A DNA stretch of 62,916 nt, the filler included, from Folioceros fuciformis (lineage: Eukaryota): assembly GCA_049999805.1 (NCBI GenBank). It is 11 parts of 11 records of this genome, joined end to end, with 100 filler letters (N's around TTAATTAATTAA, not from the genome) between each part and the next. Parts side by side here need not be neighbours in the genome. Positions count along the whole stretch, not along the records: positions 43,476 to 56,649 come from JBNGIO010006437.1; positions 56,750 to 60,740 come from JBNGIO010006440.1; 9 more parts are not named here. One strand, written 5' to 3'. This document shows, one piece after another, positions 47,979 to 60,840 of this stretch (within the stretch, counting starts at the first letter, position 1; the number at the start of each line of letters is the position of its first letter). The notes under the pieces are model-generated. The model was not told the origin of the DNA and did no database searches. It worked only from the letters and a program-made list of their open reading frames with translations. The position numbers were made by a program, and so were the translations under genes.

Positions 47979-50900
47979 TGTTGAAATAGCACCACAGGCA
48001 CAGAAGGACTCCACAGTTCCTTACTTATGGTGTACAGGATGCTACATATATAGCCTTCAGGCGGGGCAACCCTCGATAAGGTAAGCCTTAGTCTCGAGGG
48101 TGCAATATCCTAGTATATCCTGATATATCCTGATAACACTTAGGTGATAGATAACTACGAGTTCAATATGGGATAATCTACACTATCCTAAGTGTTGTAT
48201 GCTCTTAATAACAATTCAGTTAGAGCTTGATTTCTAACACTCCCCCTCAAGCTCAGACTATTTGTAACACTCCAAGTAGTTCACGAAAGTGTAAGAACTT
48301 ATCTCTACCTAGCGACTTAGTAAAGATATCTGCTACCTGGTCTTCGGTCTTCACGTGACGAAGATCTATCTTCTCAGATAATACCGCTTCCCTGATGAAA
48401 TGATAATGTACTTCTATGTGCTTCGAACGAGCATGAAACACAGGATTAGTAGCCAACCTCATGCTACTCATGTTGTTACAGTAGATTGTAACCTTGCTGT
48501 TCACTATATTTCCAAGATCATGTAGCAAATTCTGCAACCAAGCTGCTTCATAGGCTGCCATTGCAGCTCCTTGATACTCTGCTTCTGTGCTTGACAAAGC
48601 AACTGTCGGTTGTTTCTTGCTTTGCTAGCTGATCATACTACTTCCCAGACTGAATGCATATCCACTGGTTGATCTTCTGTCATACGCACAACCAGCCCAA
48701 TCAGCATATGTATATCCTATCAGTTCAAGATGCTTCCTATGCTCATAGAGCAATCTAAACTTAGTAGTTCCTTTCACATATCTCATAATTCTTCTAACTG
48801 CATCCAAGTGCGGTTTCCTTGGCTTCTGCATAAATTGACTAATCAGTCCCACTGCATAACTTAAGTCAGGACGTGTGATAGTCAAGTAGATCAAACTTCC
48901 GACCATCTGTCGATACATAGTCACATTTTCCAGCTCAGCTCCTACATCCATTTGCAGCTTGACGTTCTGCTCCAATGGTGTATCCATCGCTTTGCAATCT
49001 CCTATGCCATACTTCTGCAACATATCCTTAGCATATTGTTTTTGGAATAGCCAGATTCCATGAGGTGTAGACACAACCTCAATTCCTAAGAAGTATCTGA
49101 GTTCACCAAGATCCTTCACCTTGAACTCTTTTTGCAGATTCGCCTTGACATCTACAATACCATCTGCAATACCATCTGCATCATCTCCTGTGATGATCAA
49201 GTCGTCAACATAAACGACAAGACACACTTGTCCTACCTTGGTCTGTTTTACAAACAGACTATGATCTGCGTCTCCAATCACAAATCCTCGCTCCTTCAAA
49301 TAGCTTGTGATACGAGCATTCTATGCTCTAGGTGCCTGTTTGAGCCCATACAATGCCTTCTTCAGTTTGCAGACGTATGTTGGAAACTTAGGATGAACAT
49401 AGCCTTCAGGCTGTTCCACGTACACTTCCTCCTATAACTCACCATTCAAGAAGGCATTCTTGACATCCATTTGCCATAACTTCCATCCTTTAGCTGCTGC
49501 TAATGCTATGACTGTCCTTACAATTGTCATCTTGGCTACTGGACTAAAGGTTTCCTCATAATCAAGACCATACTGTTGTGCATATCCCTTTGCAACCAAC
49601 CTGGCCTTGTAACGCTCCAACGTTCCATCTAACTTGAACTTCAACTTGTACACCCACTTAGAACCAATAGGAACCTTGCTATCAGGCAGTTGAACCAAAT
49701 CCCACGTTCCATTCTCAACTAATGCTGAGTATTCTTCATCCATGGCTTAACACCACTTATCATCTGTCACTGCCTCAGCAAACTTGGTTGGCTCCTTACA
49801 AGCTGTGACCCTTATCATATACGCATAATGTTGCGCATTGTAGCTTGTATAGGTGTACCTGTCAATGGGTTTCCTAACCCTCTTAGATCTCCTTGGTCTT
49901 GGTTCATTTTGAACCTGCCTTGCATATTGTTGCTCCTTAGCACCTAGCGTTTCCACAGACGGAATGCCAAACTCACTGTCAATGCTCTCACTACTTGAGG
50001 ATTCATATCCCTCATTTCCAGTTTTGCTGCTTTCTACTCTCCTCCTCACTGACATATCCGGGTCAGTGGTCTTCGGTTTACCATTCCGCAATCTTCCAGA
50101 CCATGGATTCACCGTTGGTGATCCACCATTGGTCACATCCTCACTCTTTGCTGGAGTACTCTTAACAGTACTCTCCCCTGTGGGTTCGTCATAGGGTAGT
50201 GCAGCTGAGTTGCTATACCAGGAGGCTAACTCATCAAATACCACATCCCTACTTATCAGGATCTCATGTGTGGATGGCACATAACACTTATATGCCTTCC
50301 TATCTAGTGCATACCCCAGAAAAACACTCTTCACTGCTGCTTTAGGATCCAGTTTCCTACGCTTCTCATCAGGTACATGCACATATGCAATGCACCCAAA
50401 CACTTTCAAGTACCTAATATCCGGCTTATAGCCATACAGTCTCTCAATTGGTGTAGCATCATGAATTCCTGCCGTAGGAGTTCGATCTAGTACATACACT
50501 ACTGTCATCACTGCTTCTGCCCAATAATCATTAGGTAAGCACTTCTCATTCAGCATTGCCCTTGCTGTTTCCATGACTACCCTGTTCTTCCTCTCTGCAA
50601 CACCATTCTGCTGTGGTGTGTATCTGCAAGTCATTTGTCTTCGTATACCATGATCTGCAAGATACCTGTCAAACTCATTTGAGACATATTCTCCCCCTCC
50701 ATCTGATCTTAGACAAGAGATGGAGCAGCTAAATTCATTTTCAGCATGCTTTTTGAAGTCCTTGAAAGACTTGAACACTTCATCCTTATGCTTCAGTATG
50801 TACAGCCACGTGTACCTGCTGAAATCATCAATGAAGGAGACATAGTAGTGGGCTCCTCCAAACGATGCATTCTGTGAAGGACCCCATATATCAGAGTGTA

Positions 50901-52560
50901 TCAATTGCAAAGGTCTCGAGCTGTTCTGCACGTGTCGCACAAATGGAAACCTTGACTGTTTTCCAAATTGACATGCAGAACACACATGACCAAGATCAGC
51001 ATACTTGAACTTGGGCAATCCTTCCACCACGCTTTTCTGTTGCATAGATTTCAGCTTCGCTATGTTCACATGCCCAATCCTCTTATGCCATATTTCAACA
51101 TCACGTATGGCACCTGCATCATTTGCAAACATTGCTGCATTTAGCTCTGGAATGGATGCATCCAGAGTGAACATCCGTCCATTCCTACTACCTTTAGCAA
51201 TCAGTTTGCGCCCTCTGTTATATTCTTCAATAAAGCATCCATCTTTATTCAGTCGAACCTACAGATTTTGTTCAGCCATTTGTCCAACAGACAACAGGTT
51301 CTTCGTAATGGTTGGAACATGCAACACATCTTGCAGACTCTTCTGCTAACCATTCGGCATCCTAAGAGGAACAATTCCTCTGTGCTTTATGTCATGTTGT
51401 GTGTCATCTCTTGAACACACATGGCCATGGGGACCTACATCTATCTTGTTAAACCACTCGCCATGCGGAGTCATGTGGTTTGATGCTCCTGAATCAATGT
51501 ACCATCTCTCATCATTATGCCCATCCTGTTCAGAGAGATGTTGCATGACAAACAACCTATCCTGGTCATTTCCAGCATTACTAGAGGAGGCATAGTTCCC
51601 ATGCTGCCTTCCTTTTCCTCTCATGTCTGCTTGCTGCTTATAGCAGTCCTTAGCAATATGACCAACCTTACCACAGTAGTAACACTCCTTGTCTCTATTG
51701 GAATGGTCATGAGATTGAAAAGAACCATCTCTTCCTCTTGTGGCTCTACCTGCGCCTCTAAAACTTCCAGATTCTCTCTGGCCTTGTGCATTTCCTCCAC
51801 ACCAATTGTCTTGCTGATTTTGCGTGTTCCAAGCATCACCCCGTCCTCGGAATGAACCACGACCTCTGTGGCCTCTCCCAAGCTGGTTAGAAAATAAAAC
51901 AGTGTCTCTCCCTTGAGATATACCTGAACCTGTGTTCAGACCAAGCTTAACTTCCTCATGCAGCAACAAAGCAACCAATTCATCCCAACTTGGGAACTCA
52001 ACTCTCACAGAGATTGATGTGTCAAAGGACTTGTACTCCTTGCCAAGTCCGTTCAGAGTAACTGCAACCATGTCATCTTCTGTCACACTGCACCAATTGT
52101 AGCAAGCTGATCAGCTATGGTCTTCACCTCTGTCGTATACACGAGTATGGATCTGCTACCTCGTGACAAGTTGTTGAACTGCTGCTTCAACTGGATTTTC
52201 CTAGCATGTGTGACATTTCCATAGTTCCTCATGAGTATGTCCGATGCATCCTTCGGAGACTCACATCCCGTGATCTATATGACCATAGCATCTAAAATGC
52301 TTGAGGAGAGCCAGTGTAACACTTTACATGCTCTCTCAATCCAATGCTTGTGAGCAGTCTTTTGCTCCTGTGATGGAGTACGATCCATCTCTGGTTCACT
52401 CTCATCACCTGAGCAGAGGTCCAAATAGCCTCTACCTACGAAGAAGTTCTTCATCCTGAACTTCCACAAAGCAAAATTCTTATTATCCAACTTCTCTCCC
52501 ACCACCTGAGAGATATTGTCTGATCCCTGCACATTAGCCATGATTCATGCTCCTTTAGTG
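47979..52560 (-). mobile_element. Near full-length Ty1/copia element E (same family as D): gag-pol with several stops, PPT, 3' LTR 47979-48239
   Basis: Gag from 52541, CYYCGKVGHIAKDC, WYIDSGASNH, INT, RT (YVDD), RNase H (ADIFTK); PPT GAGGGGGAG then TGTTAG...TTCAACA. Shares NYASSS, LFVMQH and NPWSGRLR with D. Confidence 0.96.
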
Positions 52561-52612
52561 GCAGGGCTAACTTATTTTGCTCCATTTGTGGTGAGCAAGG
52601 CCACACCAAGAC

Positions 52613-55600
52613 TATGAAAAATATACGTTTTAGTATATATGTTTAACCTAGGCGTATTAGGTTTAGACTATATAAATTACACTTTTGTTTATTTCAATAA
52701 CTGAATCCATTTTATGATTTTAAGCTTGCTGGCTCTCACACACACATAATGTCAAGCTGCCTTGACACTTTTCTAGCATTTCTTATTTTTCTTATGGTAT
52801 CAGAGCAAAAATGCTGCTGATGATGCTATAGGTCGCAATGCCGAGAAACAAATCAAATTGTGGACTTGGTGGCTGAGGAGGATTTTCTAAGACCTTCTCT
52901 AGACCAGCCTTCTTCAATCTACACTCGGGCATTCCAACCAGCATCCCTTAGACCGGTGCAGAAACCAAGTCAGAGCGCGACTTTCTAATTCTTGAAAATT
53001 ATCGGCGCAACAAAGGCCGTGATAATTTATATTACAGACATGCTACAATTGGCACTACTCTCTCCCATGCTGCAATTGTGAACGTTTGTTTAAAAAGGCT
53101 CCATGCTCAAATAAGCCATTTGTTAAGAGGCCAACTTCTGCACCGTCACCATGTACTGAGCCTGCAAGCACATCTGCAATTGATCCTTCACATTCTGAAT
53201 CAGAGGTACAAGTTCTAGAAGGTACTCTGAATGCCGTTGTTCATCGACAAGAGACATTCTCTAAACGTCTGGATTGCGCAGATTTTAAAATTCATAAAAT
53301 TATTTCTCAATTTTCATTTGAAATTAGTAAAATCTCTAGACAATTACAGATTTTAAACATGATCCTGCGGCCCTCTGATGAGGGGCGATCAGATTGAACT
53401 AACATTTGTGATCTTTTCTAGTGTAGGCATCATTGCATTCAGATGCCCTGTGAATTCTATGGCCTTCTGGCCCTTTTGCTTCCGCTGACGTTTCACAGGC
53501 AGTTATTAACCGCTTCACCTGACTCCAATCGTGCCCTAGAAAAGAAGCCAGTAGTTTAAGTTAGACTTTTTCTGCTGAAAGTTCAATCAAACCCTAAACA
53601 TGCTTTCTCAACCTTAACTGCCTTTATCAGCCTTATTTTTGTATGTCTACAAGAGACCTGTTGAATTTCCCCTTGTCTCCTTACCTTCGTCGTCAACGTA
53701 AGTTGGGTAGTCCTTCCTCTAGCCCACCATCTCTTCTTTCTCCACTTATACCCCCTGCACAGCATCAACAAATAGTCAGTATGTCTACAGCTCCATCATT
53801 TACAATAGATTTGAAAGGCCAAGACAAGTTTAACGGCACCAAGTTCGAAGTATGGAGAGTTTGAATGCAGACTACCTTGCGTGCACGAGGAGTGTGGACT
53901 GTTGTTGACGGTAGCTATAAGGAGCCTTTGCTCCCTGCTGCTGGAACGACATCTACAAGTGGAGCCCCACAAGTCACACAGGCTGATTTAGACAAATGGA
54001 ACACAATGAATGAGATTGCGGTTGCCATTTTGGTTACTGGCCTTGACGAAGTCTTGATTCCAGATGTGGAATATCTTACAAAGGCACACCAGATTTGGAA
54101 TCAGCTTGTCAACACATATGCTGTTAAGACAATGATGACTAAATGTACAGTTCAGCATGAATTTTATACCTTGAAAATGCGCGAAGGGGATAGTGTGGCT
54201 GCCCACACTAGCAAGTTTCGACAACTTCGATCTCGACTTGCTCAACTGAATTCAACTACTTCAGAGGAGGACGTTGTGGCTCACCTTTTGCTCACACTTC
54301 CTCCATCATATCAGACTTTTGTATCCCTACAAAATGGTCCTCTGGCCACTGCTGGTCAGACTGCTGGTACTGGTCAGGCTGGCCAATATTCCTTGGAAAC
54401 TGTGATTGCTGCACTTTACCAAGAGGAGCAGAGCCGACTTCGAATTACTTCAAGTGGCTCCAACAAGTTGCGCACTGACAGAGTCCTCTACACTTCACGA
54501 CAGCGTGGAGGCTTTGGAAGGGGGAGAGGCAGAGGAGGTGGACGACCCGCTCCTCGGCCACAAACCTCCACTCCTGGTACATCTTCTATAAAGAAACCAG
54601 GCAATTGTAATTGGTGCAATGTGCCAGGGCATTGGGAGAGGGACTGCCGCAAAAAGAAAGCTGGCGAGCCCCGTCGTCTCAAACCTGAAGTTAATTCAGT
54701 AGCTAAGGAAAGACCTCAATATGACAATGGCAAAGCACTGGTGAAGATTCTCACCATCTGTTTGTCTTCCTCATCGAGTGATCCTTGCAGCAGGTTCCTG
54801 GATTCTGGTGCGATAGCACATATCTGTAAAGATAAACAACTATTTAGCAGTTTTAAAGCACTCGTAGATTCCACACAATCTGTCCCATTGGGAGATGAGC
54901 AACGATCAACAAGTTTACCTATTCTGGGCTACGGTACTTGTCGATTTTTTATGACTGATAATTCAGTTCTAAATGTGCCAGGCATTCTGTATGTTCCTGG
55001 TATGGCCAAAAATCTTTTGTCAATAAGGCTTCTAGCAATTCACCATAATCTGGAGTTTCGTTTTCATGGCACCACATGTGAAGTTTTCAGACGTACCTCT
55101 ATTGAGCAGTGTATTGGCTGTGGTGTTCCTGATTTGGAGCTATATCGTTTGGATGCGATCTGTGAGTCTTCCTCTACAGCACCAATCATCACTTCTACTA
55201 CTCCAGCGCATCTACCTGCCAGTGAACAGGCCAAGTTATGGCATGCCCGCCTCGAACATGTAAATAAAAACTCTCTCATCAAGATGTCTACACAAGATTG
55301 TTATGTGGAACCTCTACCTTCCCTCTTCAAACATTTACCTATATGTGAAGCTTGTCTGTTGGCTAAACAAAAGGAGAAGCCTTTTCCAAAACATGCTTAC
55401 AGAACTTCAGGGCTGTTAGATCTTGTGCATGCCGACATCTCTGGTAAACTGCAAGTACAATCTTTAGGAGGAGCCCTATATTATCTTACAATAACAGATG
55501 ATTATAGCAGGTTTACCTGGGACGTATACCATGTCTCGAAAGAATGAGACTTTTCACTTCTTTAAGGAGTGGTTTTTCATGGCTCAAAGACAGTCTGGCT

Positions 55601-56205
55601 GCTTACTCAAATGTTTACGTTTAGATAATGGAACTGAATTTTGTAACAATACTTTTGATGCCTTTCTTAAGGATCATGGTGTGCTACGCCAACTTACCGT
55701 TTCTTATACTCCAGAGCAGAATGGGGTTGCCGAGAGAAAGAATCAAACCCTCATGGGGATGACCCGCAGTATGCTTAGCTGGGCATCCCTCCCTGCAGAG
55801 TATTGGGCAGAGGCTCTCACCACAGCTACTTACATTCTTAACTGCTTCATTACGACTTCACTTCAAGATGAGACACCTTTTGAGATGTTCTGGGGTTGCA
55901 AGCCTAGCATCTTACACCTTCGAGTGTTTGGTTCACCTGCATACGCTTACATTCCACCTGAGAAGTGTCAGAAACTTGACAATAGATCACGAGCTTTGAT
56001 CTTTGTAGGCTATGGGGATGAAGCTAAGGCTTATAAGTTAATTGACCCCTCTGATCTTACCCCTGTCCTTGCACGAAGTGTTGTTTTTAAAGAGCTGTTG
56101 CATTCTGCTTCTCCAGATGTTGGTGTTCATCCTTCCTCCGATTCTGATTCTTCTGATGATGACTCTTCAGTTACGGATGTCTTCGCCACACCTCCTACTA
56201 CCTTC
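52613..56205 (+). mobile_element. Ty1/copia element F: probable 5' LTR (~52613-52794), PBS 52795-52806, ORF0, Gag-PR-INT; abuts and truncates the leader of E
   Basis: TGGTATCAGAGC; LKGQDKFNG, CNWCNVPGHWERDC, FLDSGA, WHARLEH, DNGTEF, NGVAER. LTR ends are mutated, so its limits are approximate. Confidence 0.93.
53026..53397 (+). CDS. ORF0 homolog upstream of gag in element F (start lost)
   Basis: Frame extends upstream of the ORF track: FILQTCYNWHYSLPCCNCERLFKK...KRP...EVQVLEGTLNAVVHRQETFSKRLDCADFKIHKII...ISKISRQLQIL (CxxC plus heptads). Confidence 0.55.
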   Translation, partial: FILQTCYNWHYSLPCCNCERLFKKAPCSNKPFVKRPTSAPSPCTEPASTSAIDPSHSESEVQVLEGTLNAVVHRQETFSKRLDCADFKIHKIISQFSFEISKISRQLQILNMILRPSDEGRSD

Positions 56206-56398
56206 TGTTGGAAGTAACCCCGTTAGGGTTAGCTTCTTATAAACGTTGCAGCTATTAGGTGGTTTAATAGCTAATTATGAAAGGTCATGACTCTTGGAGA
56301 GTTTTTTGTATATAAGCACTTTATTATTCATAAATAAAATAACATGAGAACAACTTTGAGTATGTTAGATCCTCAAATGTTTCACATGGTATCAGAGC
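56206..56398 (+). repeat. 5' LTR (56206-56386, 181 bp) plus tRNA-Met PBS of another copia nested in element F
   Basis: TGTTGG...TTCACA then TGGTATCAGAGC; interrupts the post-integrase region of F. Confidence 0.9.
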
Positions 56399-56749
56399 TC
56401 TTAAGGTCTTGATATCTATGTCTGCAAGAATCTTATCTATGTCTGCAAGAATCTTAGTCTAGTACTGTATATGCATGGTCGAAGGAAAAATGAGGACACA
56501 AAATCCATTAGTTACAGCTAGTGGCTCCTGGACCTTATGTCACCATTCTTCCTCCCACCCTGCGGTACAACATCAATACTGGGCTACGATTCACAACTTG
56601 TATGACAATAATTAAAGCGAAAAATTCCGCTGTGCAAATCTGCTTGCAANNNNNNNNNNNNNNNNNNNNNNNNNNNNNNNNNNNNNNNNNNNNTTAATTA
56701 ATTAANNNNNNNNNNNNNNNNNNNNNNNNNNNNNNNNNNNNNNNNNNNN

Positions 56750-58564
56750 CAGTCTCACTGTCAAATACTATCGGGGCACTACTAGAAGAGGAGGCTTCAA
56801 TGAACTTAGGCAGGCCACAAGCACAAACCTCGCATGGCCGCATACTCTATGTTGGGAGAGGAGTAAGAGGCGGCAAAGGAGGTAGATTCCCAAATTGGAC
56901 AAGTTGGCAAAGCAGGTCAACAGCTGTGGGAACACGTCTTCCCTCTAATCCTAATCACAAGAAGTTAACATGTAACTGGTGCAGATACATGGGCCATATT
57001 GAGGCAAACTGTCGTAAGAAACGTGCAGGCGAGCCACGAAAGACAGGCTCACCAAAAGCAAATGTGATCACTAAGTCAAAGACATCAAGTTCGAACATTA
57101 TCTTGACAGTATTTCTTGCACACACCAAGTCCGATGAACATTCCTGGTTCATAGACTCGGGGGCATCTGCCCATACATGGTATAACAAAAGTAGCTTTAA
57201 TGATTATCAGGAGTATTCACCTGGACAATTTGTCCTGCTGGGCGATGAGAGTGGGCTGAATATTGCTGGAGTTGGAACCGTGAAGATTCAACTGAATGAT
57301 GGTTCCACCAGATGTTTGAAGCAGGTCCTGCATGTACCTCAGATGGTTAAGAATCTATTATCTGTTAGACATGTCTGTCAGGAGTGGAATGTGATAGTAA
57401 GTTTTGATCAAACATGTGCAACCTTATTGACGTCAAGACAGAAATGGTAGTTGCCTTGGGAGCTCTTGACTCTGATCTATACAGGCTTGACTGCCACGCC
57501 CATTTTGGAAATGACTTGGACAAATTGCATGCTCGAGCACACTTAGCAAAACGTTTGGATGAAGATAGTACTCAGCTACTATGGCACTGTCGGTTGGGGC
57601 ACCCAAATTATAACAAAATGAAAGACATGGTTGGAAAGGAGCTGTACCAAGATGACGTGCCCTGGACAATTCAAGATGTAGATGTGCTCTGTGAGGCTTG
57701 TCTGCATGCAAAACTCCCTAAACAGAATGTTAAGAAGCCACATGAACAAAATACAGCATCAAAAACTCTAGCTGTTGTACGTACTGATCTTTGCGGGCCC
57801 ATGTCTGTTAAATCTCTGGGAGGAGCCTTATATTTCATGGTGCTGGTGGACGATTACAGTTGTTTCACAATTACATACTTTCTGCATCACAAGTCAAAGG
57901 CCTTGGAGAGATTTGTTGACTATGTTAACTATTTGCAAAGACAAACTGGAAATAAGGTCAAGGTTTTGCGAAGCGATGGAGGTGGAGAGTGTACTGGCCG
58001 TGGGTTTCAAGAGTACTGTAGGTTGTCTGGAATTGGCAGACAGATCACGGTTCCATATACCTCTAGTCAGAATCTGCTTGCAAAGTCTAAAAATTGGTAC
58101 CTGCAAGAAGCAGCTAAGACCATGCTATATCAATCTGGCTTGTCTAGGAGATATTGGGCTGAGGCAGTACACAAGTACACACTGCCACTTATCTTCTAAA
58201 TCGACTTCCTACTGCAACCTTCAAGAATTCCATGCCTTTCTAGCACTGGATTGGCAGAAAGCCGACGATTTCACATCTTAGAATCTTTGGATGCAAAGCA
58301 TTCAACAAACCTTGGATTCAATAGCAGCTCAGCCACGAAGATCGTCACGTAGGCACACCACATCACCTCTTCAGTGGAATGAGGTACCTTATGCCATGGA
58401 GGGACACCAGCTGCATTCAGCCCTGTTAGTCCAAGCCTTTATGGCAACATCTGACTTAGGGGAGCCGCAGTCATACCAAGAAGCAATCATGTCAGTGGAC
58501 AGAGAAAAATGGCTAGAAGCCATAAATTCATAATTCAACTCGTTGATTGAAAATGAGGCATGGG
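56750..58564 (+). mobile_element. Ty1/copia element G fragment (end of Gag, PR, INT, deletion, start of RT)
   Basis: CNWCRYMGHIEANC, WFIDSGAS, WHCRLGH...CEAC, SDGGGE, EPQSYQEA...KWLEAI. Confidence 0.93.
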
Positions 58565-60740
58565 TGTCGGAGGATTTTCATAAACTAAAGCATTTAGTGC
58601 AGGTTAATTAGATAATAAACTATTAAATAATTACATCTTGTCAAGAAACTTCAAGTACAATTACTATATATGTTCAGGTAAGTCCAACTTAGACTAATAT
58701 AAAAAGGTATGTCTATTCGCCAAAAGACGTAACCCTAATGAAACGGTAAGCTGACTTAACATAATTAATTATATTTCTTAATAAATTATATTTCTTAATA
58801 TGCTGATAACACTCTTCACCTAACCACCCTTAGGTTTCATCACTCCCACTTGTTGACGCATGTTAAGAACGGACAGTCCTTTGAATCTCTTCTAGTGACA
58901 GTCTTTTCAGCTCCCCTCTTGAAGGCGGCGCACATGCCACACTCGACTACGCCCCATAGCATTACACTCCACTCTGGCCCTTAATAAGCTATGGAACTTG
59001 ATGGCATGGAGCCGTTTCCAATGAGGTGCGCCCCTCTCATAGGCATCGCATATGCCGTTTTTCTCATAGCAAGCCTGAAGCTTGAATCCAAGTTGCTGGA
59101 GCTCACCATGTCGGCTTCCACAGATGAGGATTTTCCCAGGCTGCGGCTCCGATCCTATGTCCGGGATGAGTGCGGGTGATTCAGCAAGAAGGCTCAGACA
59201 CCTGTCAGGGATACAAGAAGTTTGATTGTGCAGGCGGCTGCGGCGTGCGGTGCTGGATCAGTGAGGCACCCGAGAGGTCGGCCTCTAAGCAGAGGGAGAA
59301 ACCCGGCGCGGGGAAGGGGCAGAGCACTTGCGCTGTTTGCCCCGGCTGCCCCGACCATGCCTGGCCCTTCTCGCCCTATTGTGCCAAGTCAGAAAATCAC
59401 CTGCGCCCAGTAAAACAAAAGCAAGATTGCGAGTACCAAGACCATGAGGCTCAGCCCAGGAAACCCTCGACATTTCCTGGCACTAAAAATTATCTAGAGG
59501 AGACCAAGGTTGTCACACTTGGCAACATCACTAATCCTGGATCACCTGTGTGGTACAGATGCAAGAAAAGTGGTTTTGTGATGAAGAGGGTGTGTGTTCG
59601 GCTGTGTGAGGTGTATCCAGGCCACGTTGTCAGCCACTACCGTAAGTTCTGCTCATTTTGTGTATGTGTCTACCACGTTGTGTAGCAGAGTTTTGCCTAA
59701 GCTCCCACTGATTGTTGGAATTTGCTAATCATCCTTGTTGTTGTTGCAAAGTCTGAAATAAGGTTGCGTGAAGAAGAGAGGTTGAGAACAGAGGCATATA
59801 TAAGGGAGGAGGACCAGCTGTCTTATGAAGAAAGGAAGAAGAGGAACAGCTCTTGCTCCTCCGAAGATGCCTTCTACTCACAGACTCCCGAATCCAGACT
59901 GCTGGGTTCTGACAGCGAGGGAGCGTCCTCCCAGGGGTCAGAATTTCAGCATGAAGATTCTGAAAGTAGTGAAATGAACTCTCCAAAGTCACCCAATGAA
60001 ATAGAGTACCCGAACAGCAACCATTCATATTCCAACTGTAGCTGGGACTAGGCTTAGCTTGAATTTTTGCTTTAATGTGACTGTAGGAAGTCTTGAGACT
60101 TTCCCATGCCAAGACTTTTAACATGTCTTGTGTGCAGATCCCTTCCAAGGGCTTTAGTAAGTATATCAGCTGGATTATCAGCTGTGGGTATATATTGCAG
60201 TGTGATTTTTCCTGCTTGCACCAGTTCTCTTATAAAGTGGTCTTCCACTTCAACATGTTTTGTTCTTGAGTGAAATACATGGTTCTTAGCTAGTGCAATT
60301 GAGCCTTGGTTGTCTGTATGAATGACTATACAACTTGGTAAGCTTATTCCCATTTCCTTGAATAGCAGCTTAAGCCATACCACTTCTTTAGCAGCAGATG
60401 TTAGGACTCGATATTCTGCCTCTGTGCCGGACAGGGCCACTGTTGGCTGCTTCTTACTGCTCCAACAAATAGGGCCTCCAGCAAAACATATCACATACCC
60501 TGAGACTGACTTCCTTGTGTCTATGTCTCCTGCATAGTCAGAGTCAGTGTAGACCTCTAGGTCTAGGGCTTCCTTGTGATGCTGATACTTAAGTCCTAAG
60601 TCTGTTGTCCCCTTTAAGTATCTAAAAACTCTTTTCAGACTTTGCCAATGTTCTAAGCCAGGGTTTTCTAAATACTGAGATAGCACACTTGTAGCATAGG
60701 CAACTTCAAGCCTAGTAGTATTTGAGGCATAGATTAATTT
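58565..60740 (-). mobile_element. 3' end of Ty1/copia element H: RT/RNase H, ~1.25-kb 3' region, PPT, 3' LTR (58565-58811); abuts the RT start of G
   Basis: YTDSDYAGD, WSSKKQ, TEAEY, DNQGSI, ADILTK (60072-60686). On the minus strand GGTGGTTAGGTGAAGAG precedes TGTTATC, and the LTR ends CCGACA. Confidence 0.9.
59108..60051 (+). pseudogene. Putative two-exon antisense gene in the 3' region of element H: Cys/His-rich domain, charged helix, acidic Ser-rich tail; two inferred lesions
   Basis: CACCATG at 59108; ORFs 59170-59685 and 59722-60051; donor C|GTAAGT at 59642, GCTAAT branch motif and T-rich tract before 59750. Confidence 0.5.
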
Positions 60741-60840
60741 NNNNNNNNNNNNNNNNNNNNNNNNNNNNNNNNNNNNNNNNNNNNTTAATTAATTAANNNN
60801 NNNNNNNNNNNNNNNNNNNNNNNNNNNNNNNNNNNNNNNN

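Noticed and set aside
56470-56620. Short ORF (MVEGK...LCHHSSSH...) after the PBS at 56387, as a fifth ORF0
   Set aside because: No intact CxxC, an early stop, and the contig ends before any coiled-coil region.
4424-60840. Recurring TTAATTAATTAA palindrome, and apparent clustering of ThrRS, kinase, P450 and TEs
   Set aside because: The motif is always centred in an identical N-run, so it is an artificial linker. Contigs are not known to be adjacent, and no gene cluster can be inferred.
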